Shown: positions 21,184-29,952 of the stretch, in pieces
How positions within the stretch are numbered: position 1 is the first letter of the stretch
Layout: each line of letters starts with the position of its first letter
Assembly: GCA_023265395.1 (NCBI GenBank)
Contig: JAHFTX010000001.1
Coordinates: 65,897-129,896 of the forward strand
DNA length: 64,000 nt
Source: Thermoplasmata archaeon
Lineage (GTDB): Archaea > Thermoplasmatota > DTKX01 > JAHFTX01
Direction of reading: 5' to 3'
The notes under the pieces: generated by a model
What the model was told of the DNA's origin: nothing
The model's input: only the letters and a program-made list of their open reading frames with translations
Databases searched by the model: none
Program-made: the position numbers and the translations under genes

Positions 21184-22539
21184 ATGGTGAAGAAGAAGCT
21201 CCGGAGGGTCATTGCCGGGCCTGGACGGCCTCCCGTCGCCACCACCTCTCTCCCGAATCCCGTTCAGCCTGCCGCCCCGACGCCCGTCAAGCGGGTCGTC
21301 AAGAAGCTGGTCAAGAGGGTCAAGGCCCCTCTTCCGGAGGCTGATGACCGGACCTCGACTCCCACCGCACCCAGCCCGCCGACCCCGACTGTTGAGGAGG
21401 ACGAATCGAGCCTCGGGGGATTCGAGTTCGTCGACGAACCAGAGGAGGCAGCGGATGTGCTGGGGACGTCCCAGGCCGCACCTCAACCTCAACGGGCGGT
21501 ACCTGTCGCATTCTCCTCCAAACCGTCGTCGAAGGGACAGAGTATGCCTGCACTGAAGAGGGCCCCGCCGACCCCGCCATCCCCATCGACCAAGGGTAAG
21601 GGTGTGACGACCAGCAGCCCCCCGAGTACCATACGACCAGACCCGGCAGAGCATTCAGCCGATTCTGGCGTCGATCTTGAGGACTTGACCAGCTCCATCG
21701 GTGGTTCGGGAACATTGCTCGAGAAGCTCGGCGAAGGCCTCGATGCCATCCTGCAGGACGAACTTGAGAACCTCCAAGAGTCCCTCCTCTCCGAGGGGGA
21801 TGCTCTCGCGCCCTCCCAGACCACGCCAGAGCAACAAGGAGGGACTACGAGGACCAGGGCCTCCCCCCCCCCGCCTATCACTCCTGTGGACCCCCGCAGG
21901 GGTGCCCCCCGCGACATCGATGAGTCGGGTCCTGAATTGCGGCCAGCCAAGCCCGAACAGAAGGTCAAGGGGGAGAAGAAGAAGTCCGCCCCCAGACTCC
22001 TCGGACGGCAGCTGACGACCACCGAGGGCGACGTTCGGGAACGGCGGGTGATATCCAAGATCGCCAAGAACTTTGACCGATTACCCGCCAACATGCGGAA
22101 CGAGCTGATCAAGAACCTCTCGAAGGCCTCCGACCCCAAGGTCCGCGAGGATGTCGTCTACGCCATCGCCGCCTACTACGAGCAACTCCCCTTGGATCTA
22201 CAGGAACTCCTCGAGCGGCTGATGGAAGATCCAGAATCCCGCATCCGCGAAGAGGTTGTCTTCGAGACGGCCCGCAATTTCGACAGTCTCCCTGCCTCGC
22301 TCCGGGAGGGCATCTATCGTAAGGCAACGGTGGACTCGAGCGTCAATGTCCGGGAGATCGCCGTCTCGGTGCTCTCGAAGGATTACTCGGAGCTCCCCCC
22401 GGACCTCCAGAAGAGACTGTTCACGCTGGCGGAGGACTCAGAGCCCTCCGTGCGGGATGAGGTCCGTTTCGAGGTCAGCAAGCCCGACTCCGAGCTCCCA
22501 GCTTCTGTGCGGATGCAATTGCGCAAGACGCTCGGCTGA
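21184..22539 (+). CDS. HEAT-repeat protein with Pro/Thr/Ser-rich low-complexity N-terminal half
   Basis: 451 aa from ATG 21184 (MVKKKLRR). The C-terminal 200 aa contains about 5 repeats of the form (F)D.LP..(L/V)R.E(V/I)....A., a PBS-lyase/HEAT-like pattern. The track start at 21115 is a non-ATG extension. Confidence 0.6.
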   Translation: MVKKKLRRVIAGPGRPPVATTSLPNPVQPAAPTPVKRVVKKLVKRVKAPLPEADDRTSTPTAPSPPTPTVEEDESSLGGFEFVDEPEEAADVLGTSQAAPQPQRAVPVAFSSKPSSKGQSMPALKRAPPTPPSPSTKGKGVTTSSPPSTIRPDPAEHSADSGVDLEDLTSSIGGSGTLLEKLGEGLDAILQDELENLQESLLSEGDALAPSQTTPEQQGGTTRTRASPPPPITPVDPRRGAPRDIDESGPELRPAKPEQKVKGEKKKSAPRLLGRQLTTTEGDVRERRVISKIAKNFDRLPANMRNELIKNLSKASDPKVREDVVYAIAAYYEQLPLDLQELLERLMEDPESRIREEVVFETARNFDSLPASLREGIYRKATVDSSVNVREIAVSVLSKDYSELPPDLQKRLFTLAEDSEPSVRDEVRFEVSKPDSELPASVRMQLRKTLG

Positions 22540-22594
22540 TGCCGTGGATAATCGAACGGCACGGCCCCGACCCATTCTTGGAGGATTGGACCGT

Positions 22595-23368
22595 ATGGGA
22601 GAGGATCACCTTCTACTCTACTTCGTCGGAACGGCCGGCTCAGGCAAGACATCCCTGACAGCGGCCTTCCAGCGTTGGATGCAGCGGCAAGGTTACAACG
22701 TGACCTTGCTCAACCTCGATCCGGGTGTTGATGTCCTGCCGTACGAACCGGATATTGACATCCGTGATTGGGTCTCCTTGCCCCAGGTGATGGAGGAGTA
22801 TGACCTCGGACCCAACGGGGCCCAGGTGGTCGCTGCCGACCTTCTCGCCCTCAACATTGGCAAGGTCTCCGAAGTCCTCGAGGGGCTCTCGGAAGACTAC
22901 GTCCTGGTCGACACTCCGGGACAGATCGAGCTGTTCGCGTTCCGTGAGAGCAGCGAGCGCATCCTCGAGGCGCTAGGTGACCGCCACGCCCTCGCATTCT
23001 GCATCGACCCGATTCTCGCCCGGAAGGCCTCCAGCCTTGCGACCCAGCTTCTCCTCTCGCTGACGGTGCAGTTCCGATTGCAGGCACCTTCGTTCGACCT
23101 CCTGACCAAGGCGGATCTCCTCTCCGACGAGGAAGTCGCCCGGATCATCCAGTGGAGTGCGCAGCCCGAATCCTTCTATGACGCGATCGGGAACGACTCC
23201 TCCAACCCGCTCACCCCGCTCTCGCAGGGCATCCTGCGCACCCTCGAGTCGACTGCTGCAGGGTTCCATCTGACGCCGGTGAGCGCCACGCATGAGGACG
23301 GATTGGCCGACCTCTATTCCCAGATCCAGGCCATATTCTTTGGCGGCGAGGACCTCGAGCCGCGCTAG
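22595..23368 (+). CDS. GPN-loop GTPase (Npa3/XAB1 family)
   Basis: 257 aa from ATG 22595; P-loop VGTAGSGKTS, the diagnostic GPN motif in EEYDLGPNGAQV, and DTPGQIE. The track ORF from 22256 is a frame artefact overlapping the preceding gene. Confidence 0.85.
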   Translation: MGEDHLLLYFVGTAGSGKTSLTAAFQRWMQRQGYNVTLLNLDPGVDVLPYEPDIDIRDWVSLPQVMEEYDLGPNGAQVVAADLLALNIGKVSEVLEGLSEDYVLVDTPGQIELFAFRESSERILEALGDRHALAFCIDPILARKASSLATQLLLSLTVQFRLQAPSFDLLTKADLLSDEEVARIIQWSAQPESFYDAIGNDSSNPLTPLSQGILRTLESTAAGFHLTPVSATHEDGLADLYSQIQAIFFGGEDLEPR

Positions 23369-23380
23369 CGGACGCCGCCG

Positions 23381-26300
23381 CTACTCCTCTTCGACCACCG
23401 CGGCTTCTTCGGCCTCGTCTGGTTGGTCATCGGTTCCCTTCTGTTCACTGCCCGGACCCTTGGCTCCGCCCAAGGGGGTGCTCTTCGACCGCCGACGCAG
23501 CACGAGGAAGGCGATGGCAAAGACGGCAATCAAGGCACCGGCGGCGATCGCTGCAATCACTCCCAGGCCAAGGCCGCGTGGGGCGGGGGTCTCATGGGGC
23601 ACTGTCGTCGTCTTCTTGGTGATGTTAAGGGCAAGCTCCTTCGTGGAGCTCTGGCGATCATCATCGGAGACGGTCAGAAGCACCACGACGGGGCCAACCT
23701 CGTCGAAAACATGGCTGATCTTCGCGCCGACCTGGACGACCTCCTTCGTACCCCGGAATCGCCATTCGAACGTTAGGTCCTTGACCTTATCATCAGGATC
23801 GCTGGTAGGGACGGCATCGAACGTCACGAGCGTACCCTGGGGATAGCTCGTCTTGCTATTGCCTTGGTTGTCCTTCTGTATGAAGTCCGCGATTGGCGGC
23901 AGATTGTTGACGCGGACGATAAGGCTCGCCGGTTCGCTCTCGAACCTCTGAGATGCCAGGAAGTACCATACCTGGACGGTCACCTCATACTCTTGGTCGT
24001 TGGGGAACTTGTGACCAGGTGCGACTTGGGAAGACTCTGCAGTATCCCCGAAGGACCAGTGGTAGTTGGTGACCTGCACGTCGGGACTCTCGACGGTCGG
24101 CGTGAACTGGAAGAGGGTGGTAATGTTGCCGCTGGCGGGGGAGACCGCCAGCGCCACCGCGGGCACACGCGGGCGGACAACGATGTCCTGGCTGCTGCTG
24201 AGGGCTGATTCGGCGCCGTGCTCATCGCGCACCTTGAGGGTCGCGGCGAATCCTCCGAGATCGGGGATTGCGTAACGGTGAATCACGAAGCTCGTGTTGA
24301 CCCATCCGCTGTCAGTCCCATCACCAAAGTCGAAGAGGTATTGCGCCACCTGGCCGTCGACGTCGTCGTCGCGAGAGGCATTGCCGCTGAGGACGACGGC
24401 TTCGAGGACTTCGACCTCGTTGGCAGTGGCCGTCAGCAACGCGACTGGCTTTCGATTGACGCGGAATTCGCCGGAGATGATGTTGTTCGACTCGTTGCTC
24501 TCGTCGACGAGATCTGCCGGGTCGATCGTCAGTTCCCATGTATGGGTTCCGCTGACTACGTCGGCCCACTCGAACGAGACGGCGGCTGAGTTCCCAGCAG
24601 AGAGAGCGAGGGAAACGGTCGAGAGGTGAGTGGTATCCAAAGCGCTGGCGACTTGGATCCCCGAGAGAGCGGAATCCCCAAGATTCACGATGGTGCCGGT
24701 GACGAACACCTCAGAATCCCCCTGGGTGATCACCGCCGGCGAGACCGTAAGGGGGCCAAGGAAGGTCAGATCGGGAATCGGCGCCGGTGGCGAGACCGCG
24801 ATCTCCTTCGAGCCATTGTTGTTCGATTCATTGCTCTCCAGCACTAGGTTTGCAGGGTCCACGACACCCAAGAGGGTCTGGTTTCCCGTGTGGACGGTCA
24901 TCGAGCCGACATACGTCGCGCTCTTTTGCGCCTGCAGATCCTGAGGGAGGAAGCTGACCAAGACAGACCCGTTGTCGGCTTCGATCCGCGCCTCCACACT
25001 CGGGAGGGTCACGAAACCGGTGCTCTTGACCACCATGGAGACATCCAGACTGTCGCCGTCGACCAGGCCGGAGGTGGGGGTAACGGCGAGGGAGACCACC
25101 TCGAGGTCATTGGTGATCGCCGAGGCGGTGTCGTCACCGCGGGCTCCCTGCACAGCCTGGGCCAGCCAGCGGTCGGGGTCGAGCTGTACTTGGCTCGACA
25201 AGCCCACGGTGGGGAAGTCCAGCTCGGCATCGGCCGAACCATTCCACGCCATGGGCAGGAGCAGCCCTTGGGGGAGGACCAGGATATCGACCGGCATGGA
25301 TGCCAGCCCGGTGCGGTGGACTGAGACGTGGACGAATTCTGCGCCGGTGGAATCACGGTAGGCAGTGGCACCAGTGATGGAGAAGTCGAGGACCCTCGAG
25401 GTGGTAAAGAAGGTCGACCAGAACAGGTCGATGTCTTTCCCGGCGTTTGCCTTGAGCGCGTTCTCCAGATCGGCAATCGTGCCTTGGTCGCCGAGGGCCC
25501 CCTGGACGTATTGGGTGATGCCGGCGGAGATGCTGGTGTTCCCGACCAGGTATCGCAACATGTGAAGGTAGGCGACCACCCGCGCATTGTCGTTGTCGTC
25601 GTATGCATTGTCGGTGATGTTGATCAGCGAGGTGGGCGATGCTCCGCCCTGCAGGCTCAGTTGCGCCAACGAGATCCTGCTCGAGTCGTCTTTGACTGCT
25701 TCGAAATACCGAGCGACCACGTACGCATCCAACCCCCAATTGACCACGCTCGAGCCTCCTGCACCTGCAGGGGCGATTCCAAAGTAGAAGAACTGGATCG
25801 TGAACGCGGATACAAAGTCGACCGATTGGGGGTCGTCAATGGCCACTGCGTGGGGCAGGACGATCAAGTTGCGGAAGGCGATGATGCCATCGAAGGGCAA
25901 TGTTGGCACTTCGACAATGGTGAGATTCGCGCGATCGAAACTACCCAAGAACCCATCGAGGAACGCTGTGATGTTGCTCGCTTCGTCGAGCAAGCGTGTG
26001 CTGTTGGCCGCTGCTTCGGGACCGACCTTGCTCTGCAGGCTGACCCCCGCGGTCGTCTGCTGATCCTCGACCCATGTCCCTGCCGCGACACCTAGGTAGG
26101 GGACTTTCCCATCGAGGATGAAATCGAAACTCTCCCACGTACCATCCGAGGTTGCCTGGACGAACTCCCCGGCAGCCCACGCGTCCCATCCCGTGATGGT
26201 AGGGACCCGAACGGAGACGTTTCCTAGGTAGCGGTCGGGATATCGACCTTGTGGATTGTCAGGGAAGGTCCCCCAACGATCGCGACCATCCAAGAAAAGG

Positions 26301-26806
26301 CCATTGGGGCGGACATAGGAGGTACGATCGACCGTGACGTTGTAGTTGAGGTAGAGATGGACGACCTCTCCTGCAGTGTGGTTGGTCGTGAGGTTGATCT
26401 GGAGTTCTGGCGGGTTGGTGGTGTTATCCCAGTAGGCGCTCACGGGGCCCGAGTCGTCGAGGATGTTATTGATCGTGAAGTTCGAGTCGACATACTCGAA
26501 CGCAATGTCGATCCGACCGATGTCCGCACCCGTGACAGCGAGGGTGATGTTGGATTGGACGAGGAGAGAACCATTCGTGGGGAACGCCCAGAGCACAAGA
26601 TCGAGATTGAGGAAGTCTTCTGTCGCCAGGCCAGGAGGTGGTGGGACGACATCGGATGGTGGGGAGGATTGGACCCCGGCGGCTATCGCACCACTCGAAG
26701 TCTCGCCTACCCTGGTCGCAGGATTCGTCGAGGGTGAGCCGACCGAACTAGGGGCAATCGATGTGCACAGAAGGAGCAGTACGAGGGTCACCGAAAGGGC
26801 GCGCAT
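23381..26806 (-). CDS. Large secreted cell-surface glycoprotein with PKD and CARDB-like domains and a C-terminal TM anchor with acidic cytoplasmic tail (S-layer/adhesin candidate)
   Basis: About 1141 aa from the signal-peptide start MRALSVTLVLLLLCTSIAPSSVG at 26806. PKD motifs (FDFGDGTDSGW...; WSFGDTAESS...), a CARDB-like stretch, dozens of N-x-S/T sequons, and a C-terminal TM helix GVIAAIAAGALIAVFAIAFLVL + RRRSK...EEAAVVEEE. The track start 27076 adds a non-secretory 90-aa leader. Confidence 0.75.
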   Translation of the reverse strand: MRALSVTLVLLLLCTSIAPSSVGSPSTNPATRVGETSSGAIAAGVQSSPPSDVVPPPPGLATEDFLNLDLVLWAFPTNGSLLVQSNITLAVTGADIGRIDIAFEYVDSNFTINNILDDSGPVSAYWDNTTNPPELQINLTTNHTAGEVVHLYLNYNVTVDRTSYVRPNGLFLDGRDRWGTFPDNPQGRYPDRYLGNVSVRVPTITGWDAWAAGEFVQATSDGTWESFDFILDGKVPYLGVAAGTWVEDQQTTAGVSLQSKVGPEAAANSTRLLDEASNITAFLDGFLGSFDRANLTIVEVPTLPFDGIIAFRNLIVLPHAVAIDDPQSVDFVSAFTIQFFYFGIAPAGAGGSSVVNWGLDAYVVARYFEAVKDDSSRISLAQLSLQGGASPTSLINITDNAYDDNDNARVVAYLHMLRYLVGNTSISAGITQYVQGALGDQGTIADLENALKANAGKDIDLFWSTFFTTSRVLDFSITGATAYRDSTGAEFVHVSVHRTGLASMPVDILVLPQGLLLPMAWNGSADAELDFPTVGLSSQVQLDPDRWLAQAVQGARGDDTASAITNDLEVVSLAVTPTSGLVDGDSLDVSMVVKSTGFVTLPSVEARIEADNGSVLVSFLPQDLQAQKSATYVGSMTVHTGNQTLLGVVDPANLVLESNESNNNGSKEIAVSPPAPIPDLTFLGPLTVSPAVITQGDSEVFVTGTIVNLGDSALSGIQVASALDTTHLSTVSLALSAGNSAAVSFEWADVVSGTHTWELTIDPADLVDESNESNNIISGEFRVNRKPVALLTATANEVEVLEAVVLSGNASRDDDVDGQVAQYLFDFGDGTDSGWVNTSFVIHRYAIPDLGGFAATLKVRDEHGAESALSSSQDIVVRPRVPAVALAVSPASGNITTLFQFTPTVESPDVQVTNYHWSFGDTAESSQVAPGHKFPNDQEYEVTVQVWYFLASQRFESEPASLIVRVNNLPPIADFIQKDNQGNSKTSYPQGTLVTFDAVPTSDPDDKVKDLTFEWRFRGTKEVVQVGAKISHVFDEVGPVVVLLTVSDDDRQSSTKELALNITKKTTTVPHETPAPRGLGLGVIAAIAAGALIAVFAIAFLVLRRRSKSTPLGGAKGPGSEQKGTDDQPDEAEEAAVVEEE

Positions 26807-27572
26807 GCGAAGAGCACACTCCAGTATCACAATCTCGCCGTGCCACGACCGCAGGCACGCGCGAGCAACTTGGGGTGCGTATATGAACCTTCTGCAATGC
26901 GTCATCGGTCGGTCCCACGCTGACTCCGTGAACCCCCGTCGACGGACGTGCGGGTCGACGGCGCCGCCCAGGTCGAGCCCTGTTTTCATCCTGGTGGGTT
27001 CCGTCACATCTTGGGCGATCCAGCCATGACGCAGGAACTTGAAGAGGTACGGCTCGGCGTCCTCGACGAAGACCATCGCCCAGCGCAGCGGCTACAGCTG
27101 CGGGGCCAGTTCCGCCGGAACAACTGCCGGGTCAGTCCCCTCATGCTATGGAGCACAGACGCGTTGAGGAAACGGTCGTGCCCGGGGGGGAACCTTCGTA
27201 TCAGCGGCCGGCGCTCAGCTTCGTGCCTATCGACTTGATGTAGCCCCATTTCATCGCGGCGAGGGATTGGTGGGCCCCGACGCCGGAGCTCAGGGCGAGG
27301 ATCCCGAGGATGGCCACCAGGTCGATCTCCCGCTTTCGCTTGATGGGCCACGGTGTTTCGGCGGTCTGACCGATTCCATCCGGCGGGAACAGGGCGTTCC
27401 GCGCCGCGAAGACATTGATCGTGGTGATGCTGGGAGACAGAGGAGATCGGCGTCATGGATTCTTTCGGGCCACGCGGACGCTCATGCACTGAACGTCGAC
27501 GCAGGGACAGAGCGTGGTCGAGGAGGCGCCGAGCCTGCCCAAGGTTTAAGCCCGGGAGCCCCGCAAGAGAGG

Positions 27573-27836
27573 ATGGTGACTTCGATGCCCAAGGACGAGG
27601 ATTTAGGGAAGGATTCGGTCAGAAGAAAGCTGGATTCTGCCAAGGAGGGGGTCGATAGGACGGTCGACGAAGCCGAGGTGATGATCCGCAACAAGGGCAA
27701 GGAGATCAAAGAATTCTTCAAGGACATCAGCGCTGTCCTGGAGGAGTGGAAGTTCTCGGTCGAGGAGACGGCTGAGGGCACGCGCATCGAGGTGCGCGCC
27801 GTCGCGCTGATCTCAACGGGCAAGAAGGGCCGATAG
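27573..27836 (+). CDS. Small conserved protein, paralog 1, with (D/E)WKFS(V/M)EE...EGTRI motif (resembles the amphi-Trp domain; tentative)
   Basis: 87 aa from ATG 27573: charged helical N-terminus then EEWKFSVEETAEGTRIEVRAVALI. Clear paralog of the ORF at 29649..29861 (EDWKFSMEEFPEGTRIYARFQVLL). Confidence 0.5.
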   Translation: MVTSMPKDEDLGKDSVRRKLDSAKEGVDRTVDEAEVMIRNKGKEIKEFFKDISAVLEEWKFSVEETAEGTRIEVRAVALISTGKKGR

Positions 27837-27841
27837 CGCGA

Positions 27842-28705
27842 TCACCGCCGCCGGAGGCCGTTGCGCAAGCGCTCGGCGATGAGGTCGGTCAGGTAGAAAT
27901 CTGGACGACGGCGAACCAGACCAAGGTATTCCGCACTCGTCTGCAGTCGACCCGGGTCGAAGTTCTTCGACGCGGCAGCGATGACGGCGTCGGACGACTG
28001 GTACTGCGCCATCGTGCACATGAGGCAGGCCAGGTCATAGGCCTCCCGTGCACGCACGGGGGCGCTCTCGCGGAATCGGGCGACGTCGAGGAGGAACACT
28101 TTGCCCGTGGGACCGACCATGATATTGTCGGACTTGAGGTCGCCATGCTGGACGCCGCCCCGATGCAGGGCAGCGAGCTGGCCGAAGGCACTCTCCATCA
28201 TCTGCGGTGTGACGGTGGTGCGCGAGAGAGGTGTACCCTCGATCCACTCGGTCACCAGCAGGACGCGCACACCATCGAGGGGGTGGAACCCCAGCGGCCG
28301 AGCCGTATTGAGCCCCAGCTTACGCATGCGCGCCAGGGTGTCTGATTGGTACTCTGCGACCTCCAGCGCGGAGGTTGGGACGTCGAACAGTGAGTCCTTG
28401 GCGTTCATCGTCAGGTACATGTTCTTGATGAATTGGGAGGCGACCACCGTCAGCAGGTCCGACGTCCCGACGATCTTCGCGAAGAGTGGGATCCGTCGTC
28501 CCCCATGGGTCCCGATGAGTTGGCAGGGGAGCGAGAAGCGCGAGGCACCACCTCCCAGGGGACGGATGCGCACGTTGGTGAGGCCGTAATGCTCGCGCAA
28601 GGTCTCGCGGATCCTCCGCAGCAGTTGACGCAGGTGAGCCTCAGGGGCCTGAGGGAGAGCGAGCGCATCACCTTCGGGGGACATGGCATCGTCCCAAGGG
28701 GTCAT
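27842..28705 (-). CDS. Protein kinase-like (RIO/Kdo-WaaP/Bud32-type atypical Ser/Thr kinase fold)
   Basis: 287 aa; catalytic loop VQHGDLKSDNIMVGPTGKVFLLDVA (HGDLxxxNI + DFG-like LLD), upstream Lys in FAKIV, and a Gly-rich loop IRPLGGGASR. Confidence 0.7.
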   Translation of the reverse strand: MTPWDDAMSPEGDALALPQAPEAHLRQLLRRIRETLREHYGLTNVRIRPLGGGASRFSLPCQLIGTHGGRRIPLFAKIVGTSDLLTVVASQFIKNMYLTMNAKDSLFDVPTSALEVAEYQSDTLARMRKLGLNTARPLGFHPLDGVRVLLVTEWIEGTPLSRTTVTPQMMESAFGQLAALHRGGVQHGDLKSDNIMVGPTGKVFLLDVARFRESAPVRAREAYDLACLMCTMAQYQSSDAVIAAASKNFDPGRLQTSAEYLGLVRRRPDFYLTDLIAERLRNGLRRR

Positions 28706-28768
28706 CGAGGGCTATCTACCCTCTGCCACGCAGGTCGTCCGATGGCGGACTGCCATGGTAGGGTCTGC

Positions 28769-29638
28769 TCAGTGCTTTCGGGTGCGTCGCCGCTGGAGGT
28801 AGGCGCGCAGCAACACCAGGATCAAGCGCCACCGATGGATCCGCAGACCGTTCTTGACGCCACGGCCGATCTCGATGACCGGACGACCTTGGTACGCAAG
28901 GACCACGCGCCAGATTGAGAGTTGTGGGAGTTCGAAGATCAGGCGGTTTGCATCCACCGTCACCGTCTTGTCGGCGATGGTCAGGTCCCAGTCGATGAGC
29001 CCTTCCTTCTCGATGTGGTAGCGGACACCATGGCGGAAGGTCGCGCGAAAGGCCGTGTAGGCGAGCATCTCGACGGTCGGGAGGTCGAGGGCACGGTTGA
29101 GTCTGCGACCACGGGGGGGTCGGTCATCGATCTCTCCCAGGGGACGAGGTGCCTCCTCCTGCACAGGCAGGGGCTTTCGCTTGACCGTGGGTGCCTTGCG
29201 ACGTCGCCTCGGAGGGCGCGAGGGGGACTTCTTCTGCGCGTCATGTGGTGGGGAGGGGCGGACCGGTGCACGTGGCGGGGCCAACTCCGAGGAATCTGGT
29301 TCGAGGAGCGGTGCCCCCTCCTTGTGATAGGCGGTGAGCACCCGCCGTTGCATCGGGTAGCGCCACTCCTGGGGCCAGAGGTCGAGTTCATCGTGTTCAG
29401 CTAGGTCGGAACCTGGCTCGTCGCCAGGCGAGGATCCCTCATCAATGCCCTGCGCTTCCCCGTCCCTCGCGGGATTACGATGAAACTCGTCGATCACCTC
29501 CGCCCCGGGGGGATCTGACCAGCTCTCGGCCCGGTCCGTGGGTGGGTCCTCGGAGAGGTGCTGGGCGGGTCCGGGCATGGCCTCCTGCGGAGGCTGCGCT
29601 GCCTCCGTCGGGGGCCGGCGGTCCTTGGCAGGTGGCAC
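28769..29638 (-). CDS. Hypothetical protein with Pro/Arg-rich disordered N-terminal half and structured C-terminal domain
   Basis: 289 aa ORF; the C-terminal 120 aa (LAYTAFRATFRHGVRYHIEKEGLIDWDLTIADKTVTVDANRLIFELPQLSIWRVVLAYQGRPVIEIGRG...) looks globular. No motif recognised. Confidence 0.45.
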   Translation of the reverse strand: MPPAKDRRPPTEAAQPPQEAMPGPAQHLSEDPPTDRAESWSDPPGAEVIDEFHRNPARDGEAQGIDEGSSPGDEPGSDLAEHDELDLWPQEWRYPMQRRVLTAYHKEGAPLLEPDSSELAPPRAPVRPSPPHDAQKKSPSRPPRRRRKAPTVKRKPLPVQEEAPRPLGEIDDRPPRGRRLNRALDLPTVEMLAYTAFRATFRHGVRYHIEKEGLIDWDLTIADKTVTVDANRLIFELPQLSIWRVVLAYQGRPVIEIGRGVKNGLRIHRWRLILVLLRAYLQRRRTRKH

Positions 29639-29648
29639 CTTCCCTCAC

Positions 29649-29861
29649 CTACTTCCGCAGGAGCACCTGGAACCGCGCGTAGATTCGCGTCCCCTCAGGG
29701 AACTCCTCCATCGAGAACTTCCAGTCCTCGACCTCGGCATCGAGACTCTCGAAGAGGGTATCCATCTCGTCGACGACCTTCTCGACGTTCTCCTTGTTGC
29801 CGCCGATCAGCTGGAGCACTGAGGCGATCTTCTCACGCTTTCCCATAGTCCTCCCCTCCAT
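29649..29861 (-). CDS. Small conserved protein, paralog 2, with DWKFSMEE...EGTRI motif (resembles the amphi-Trp domain; tentative)
   Basis: 70 aa from ATG 29861 (or 65 aa from 29846). Shares the W-K-F-S-x-E-E...E-G-T-R-I core with the 27573..27836 protein. Confidence 0.5.
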   Translation of the reverse strand: MEGRTMGKREKIASVLQLIGGNKENVEKVVDEMDTLFESLDAEVEDWKFSMEEFPEGTRIYARFQVLLRK

Positions 29862-29952
29862 GACCTTGGGCGCACCTGCGAGCGCAGGGCTCTGGTGCGA
29901 AGGAGGCTTAAGGGCATCCCCGCGGCGGGGGAGGCAGGTGAGATGGCCCTGC

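Noticed and set aside
22256-22594. 5' extension of the GPN-GTPase ORF in the track
   Set aside because: It overlaps the HEAT-repeat gene and is Arg/Ser-rich. The conserved GPN GTPase N-terminus (P-loop) begins at ATG 22595.
27191-27410. About 70-codon minus-strand frame encoding a hydrophobic segment (IDLVAILGILALSSGVGA)
   Set aside because: There is no ATG/GTG in a sensible position and no RBS, and it is not in the ORF track. It may be chance in a non-coding stretch upstream of the small Trp-motif gene.
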